Assembly (NCBI RefSeq): GCF_041146345.1 | Contig: NW_027191413.1 | Span: 2,852,001 to 2,916,000 of the forward strand | Source of the DNA: Neodothiora populina | Taxonomy: Eukaryota | DNA length: 64,000 nt | Direction of reading: 5' to 3' | Part shown: in pieces, positions 61,265 to 64,000 of the stretch | Numbering within the stretch: the stretch's first letter is position 1 | Layout of the letters: each line of letters opens with the position of its first letter | Position numbers and translations under genes: made by a program | The notes under the pieces: model-generated | Told to the model about the DNA's origin: nothing | Seen by the model: only the letters and a program-made list of their open reading frames with translations | The model's database searches: none

Positions 61265-61800
61265 TTCTTAATGATGGAATCCTAGTTTCGTCGGGACGCG
61301 ATTCGCAAACAGTTGGTTAATCGGTTGCTTTGTTTGTTTTGTCAATGTTGTTAGATACCTCGCGCCATGAGGTAAGTAAGACTAGGTAGCTACCTTAATA
61401 TATGTTTGACGGACTAGTCATGCAGCTAATAGAGATAACAGCAAGCTTGTTTGTTGGTCGGAGCTTTCTGCTGGTCATCTGGTCTTTGTTGCTTGTTGCG
61501 GGGTAGGATGCTGCTGCTGCTGCGGCTGCTCGGGATACAGTGGTATCATCATTACCTTGTCCCTTATAATTACTGTACTGTAGCTTTTGCTGAGGGTAGG
61601 GTATAGTATGCATTCAATTGCTCGTAGTTGTTTTCATGATAATGTCTCTCTAATCCTTGGCAAAGGCCGGCCATACACCCCGTAATGTCTTGTTGAATGA
61701 GAATACTTCACTAAAAACATGTTAGAATAATGACTGCTATCAAAGTATTACCACCTCTCATGCCAGCCCCTTTGGCCTTCTGCAATCCACATACCCAAGA

Positions 61801-62871
61801 TCATCGTCTGAGTACATCTAGCATCCACTCCTTGGCCTCCTTACTCTCCCTCATTCCATAAACCCATGCAAGCGGAAAACAATGCATCTGACCTCGCCAA
61901 TCCAACCATTCCCCCTCGACACCAAGCCTCTCACACTCATCCTTGAACCTGATCGTCGGCGGACTCAACACATCGTACGACCCCGTCACACCGTACAGCC
62001 TGACCCCCTTCTTTGCCAAAACAGCCATATCGGCGTTCAGAGGCGTCAGACGGGGATCACTCGCATCCCACTTCCCAGCCCACGTCGCCGCCGCGGAGTT
62101 GGTAAACGGTATCGAGAGGATCGGGTCGTATTTACTCGCTGTGTGTAGCGCTGGCTCCTCGGACGCGGAAGGCGAGGGGTTTTGAGGCGTGAGATCTGCG
62201 GTTGGTGAGATTACTAGTAGCGAGTCTGGGATGCGCAGGGGGGCGTATTGCGGTTGTGAGAGCATGTGCAGGACTAGGGACAGGACTATGTTGCCGCCGG
62301 CGGAGTCGCCTGCGAAAGTGATGATCTCTTGGCTTGCTTTTTTTGTTGGTGTTGTGTCCTTTTCTATGCTGTCGCTGCTGGTCGATCCGGGGGTCATTAG
62401 CGCGATGTAGAGCTCGACGAGAGCGGGAAACGACTCCGCTGCGGGAGAGTTGGGCGCTAATGGGTAGCTGACCATTGTGACGATGCATTCTTCTTCTGCT
62501 GTCGATAGCGAGTTGCATACCTCGGCGCATAGTTTCCAGTGCTCGGGAGAAGGAGGCATTTGCCAGGCTCCACCGGCGAAGTAATAGATTCGTTTCCTTT
62601 TTCTTTTCAATGTATTTGATCGAGCAGGCTGCTTGGGTCTCATGTCATACACCCAGATCCCGTTCTCCATTCTTCCTTCGGTGGACAAACTAACATGTCG
62701 TTCGGAGACATCACATCTCTTCTGCGCATAATTGTGCGGAGTGAGTTTCTGTGATCCAGCAGGTAATTGCTTTCGGGGTGTGATTATCTTCGTCCCTAGA
62801 CTTCTTTGCCGTAGGATGAACTGTAGGATAGACGTGGGCAGGGATTTATCTTCTTTTGTGATTGTCTTCAT
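61801..62871 (-). CDS. Alpha/beta hydrolase, hormone-sensitive-lipase/GDXG family esterase (356 aa)
   Basis: Oxyanion motif YFAGGAW, VSYPLAP, nucleophile elbow GDSAGG, acid in GSYDVL and catalytic His in QMHCFPL. Confidence 0.92.
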   Translation of the reverse strand: MKTITKEDKSLPTSILQFILRQRSLGTKIITPRKQLPAGSQKLTPHNYAQKRCDVSERHVSLSTEGRMENGIWVYDMRPKQPARSNTLKRKRKRIYYFAGGAWQMPPSPEHWKLCAEVCNSLSTAEEECIVTMVSYPLAPNSPAAESFPALVELYIALMTPGSTSSDSIEKDTTPTKKASQEIITFAGDSAGGNIVLSLVLHMLSQPQYAPLRIPDSLLVISPTADLTPQNPSPSASEEPALHTASKYDPILSIPFTNSAAATWAGKWDASDPRLTPLNADMAVLAKKGVRLYGVTGSYDVLSPPTIRFKDECERLGVEGEWLDWRGQMHCFPLAWVYGMRESKEAKEWMLDVLRR

Positions 62872-63493
62872 GGTTGAAGTTCTTTTCGTGGGGGGGGGCG
62901 GGGGGGTTTCACTGCTTGTGATGGTTGTACTGCTTGAGACACGCGATCATGTGGAACCGTGATATTTGACGGATTGGAAAAGAGAATAGGATTTCGAGTG
63001 ATAAGATCACCAGTATGTGTTTGATGAAAGAGAAGCGTTAGTGGTGGCGAGAATAGACTCATGAGTTCCCAGCACTAGAAAGCAGGTTGATATTAGGGTA
63101 CATTACGTGCATGTACCCAGGATAAAATGGGAAATATCAACGACTCGATTATTCTTCTACCTGGGATCTAGAGCCTATTATCGGAATTGTCTTCATGACG
63201 TGGATATGTGAAATATTGAGACCGTGGGAAGGTTGATGTTGTGGTTGGTGACGTCATATATATATCTTGCTCCTTTTGCTGTTCTACCTCAATGGCTATC
63301 AGTGGTATTATTTCCGTAACTTCAGGAGGAACCAAGGACCAGAGTCCACGTATTGCATACGTATTCTCCATCCGTGATTGAGATTGTAGTGCACAGAGGA
63401 AGACTCGACCGTCATAGATGCAGACCCCCCGTGACTAGATCAGAAGAATATCTGAAGATTGACCCCGATCATGCGTTGGCATTGAGACTCAGG

Positions 63494-64000
63494 CTACAGA
63501 GGGCTTCCTTCATCCACAGTAATTGGAGCGCTGATATCGGTGCCTTTGTTCTTCGCAGCTCTAACTCTGGCTCTTTCGAGTTCCCTGACTTCTTGCCAGT
63601 GTACAGCTATCCATTCTTTAGCTCTTTCATCAAGTCCATCGCCTTCCGAGTCCGGACCTAGAAATCCGCCAAGGTTGAGTTGATGATCTCCGGGAGATAT
63701 TGTTACCGTGCTTCTGAACTGCGCTGTCACAGTCGAGTCGCGGATGATGAGTTTCTTGTTTGCCGTGAACCCCAAGTCTCCTAGCTGAGTCGTGTAGAGG
63801 GGGTCGGGTTCAGAGACTGGCACGATTGTCGCCCACCTCCGAATGGCTCGGATAATCTCGTTGACTTTATACTTGCTCAACTTAGTCATCTCACTCAACC
63901 AATCCGCGAGAAGGACCCTCGCTTTCTCGTCCTTGTTGGCGGCGAGCACTTCTACAATGCGGGTTGCATACTCCTCCTCCTTCCCAAAGGCCTCTAGAGC
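63494..64000 (-). CDS. 3' part of a hypothetical protein, truncated by the window edge
   Basis: The frame stays open from the window end (ALEAFGKEEEYATRIVEVLAANK...) to the stop at 63494 and has protein-like composition. No domain recognised. Confidence 0.6.
   Translation of the reverse strand, partial: ALEAFGKEEEYATRIVEVLAANKDEKARVLLADWLSEMTKLSKYKVNEIIRAIRRWATIVPVSEPDPLYTTQLGDLGFTANKKLIIRDSTVTAQFRSTVTISPGDHQLNLGGFLGPDSEGDGLDERAKEWIAVHWQEVRELERARVRAAKNKGTDISAPITVDEGSPL

Overview
This is eukaryotic DNA from a filamentous ascomycete (Pezizomycotina; Dothideomycete-like is my inference). It has short GT-AG introns with CTRAC-type branch points, many trinucleotide microsatellites and no operons or CRISPR, so the ORF track fragments most genes and I rebuilt them by splicing. 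About 21 protein-coding genes can be supported: ribokinase, dephospho-CoA kinase, a MORG1/WDR83-like WD40 protein, an RA/PH-like protein, Lot5/pICln, an SDR polyol dehydrogenase, GT25 and GT34 glycosyltransferases, a GNAT acetyltransferase, an NCS1 permease, Oxa1, a PhoD phosphatase, Ape1-type aminopeptidase, a Mug135-like protein, Glc8/inhibitor-2, a GDSAG alpha/beta hydrolase and several hypotheticals. The window also holds an intron-containing tRNA-Pro(AGG), an intact 1806-bp pogo/Fot1-type DNA transposon (perfect 44-bp TIRs, TA duplication, DD35D), a heavily decayed Ty1/copia relic and an F-box pseudogene. The most striking observation is a candidate [D1,2] spliceosomal twin intron (stwintron) in the GT34 gene. 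There, an internal intron splits the donor of an external intron, and two-step excision restores the reading frame into the membrane anchor. Other leads are a 12-nt micro-exon, a PTS1-like tripeptide behind the hydrophobic tail of dephospho-CoA kinase, a Wsc1-like LxVxNPD tail on a soluble hypothetical protein and a dense GTAC cluster. All gene models were derived by eye and are not confirmed by transcripts or database searches.
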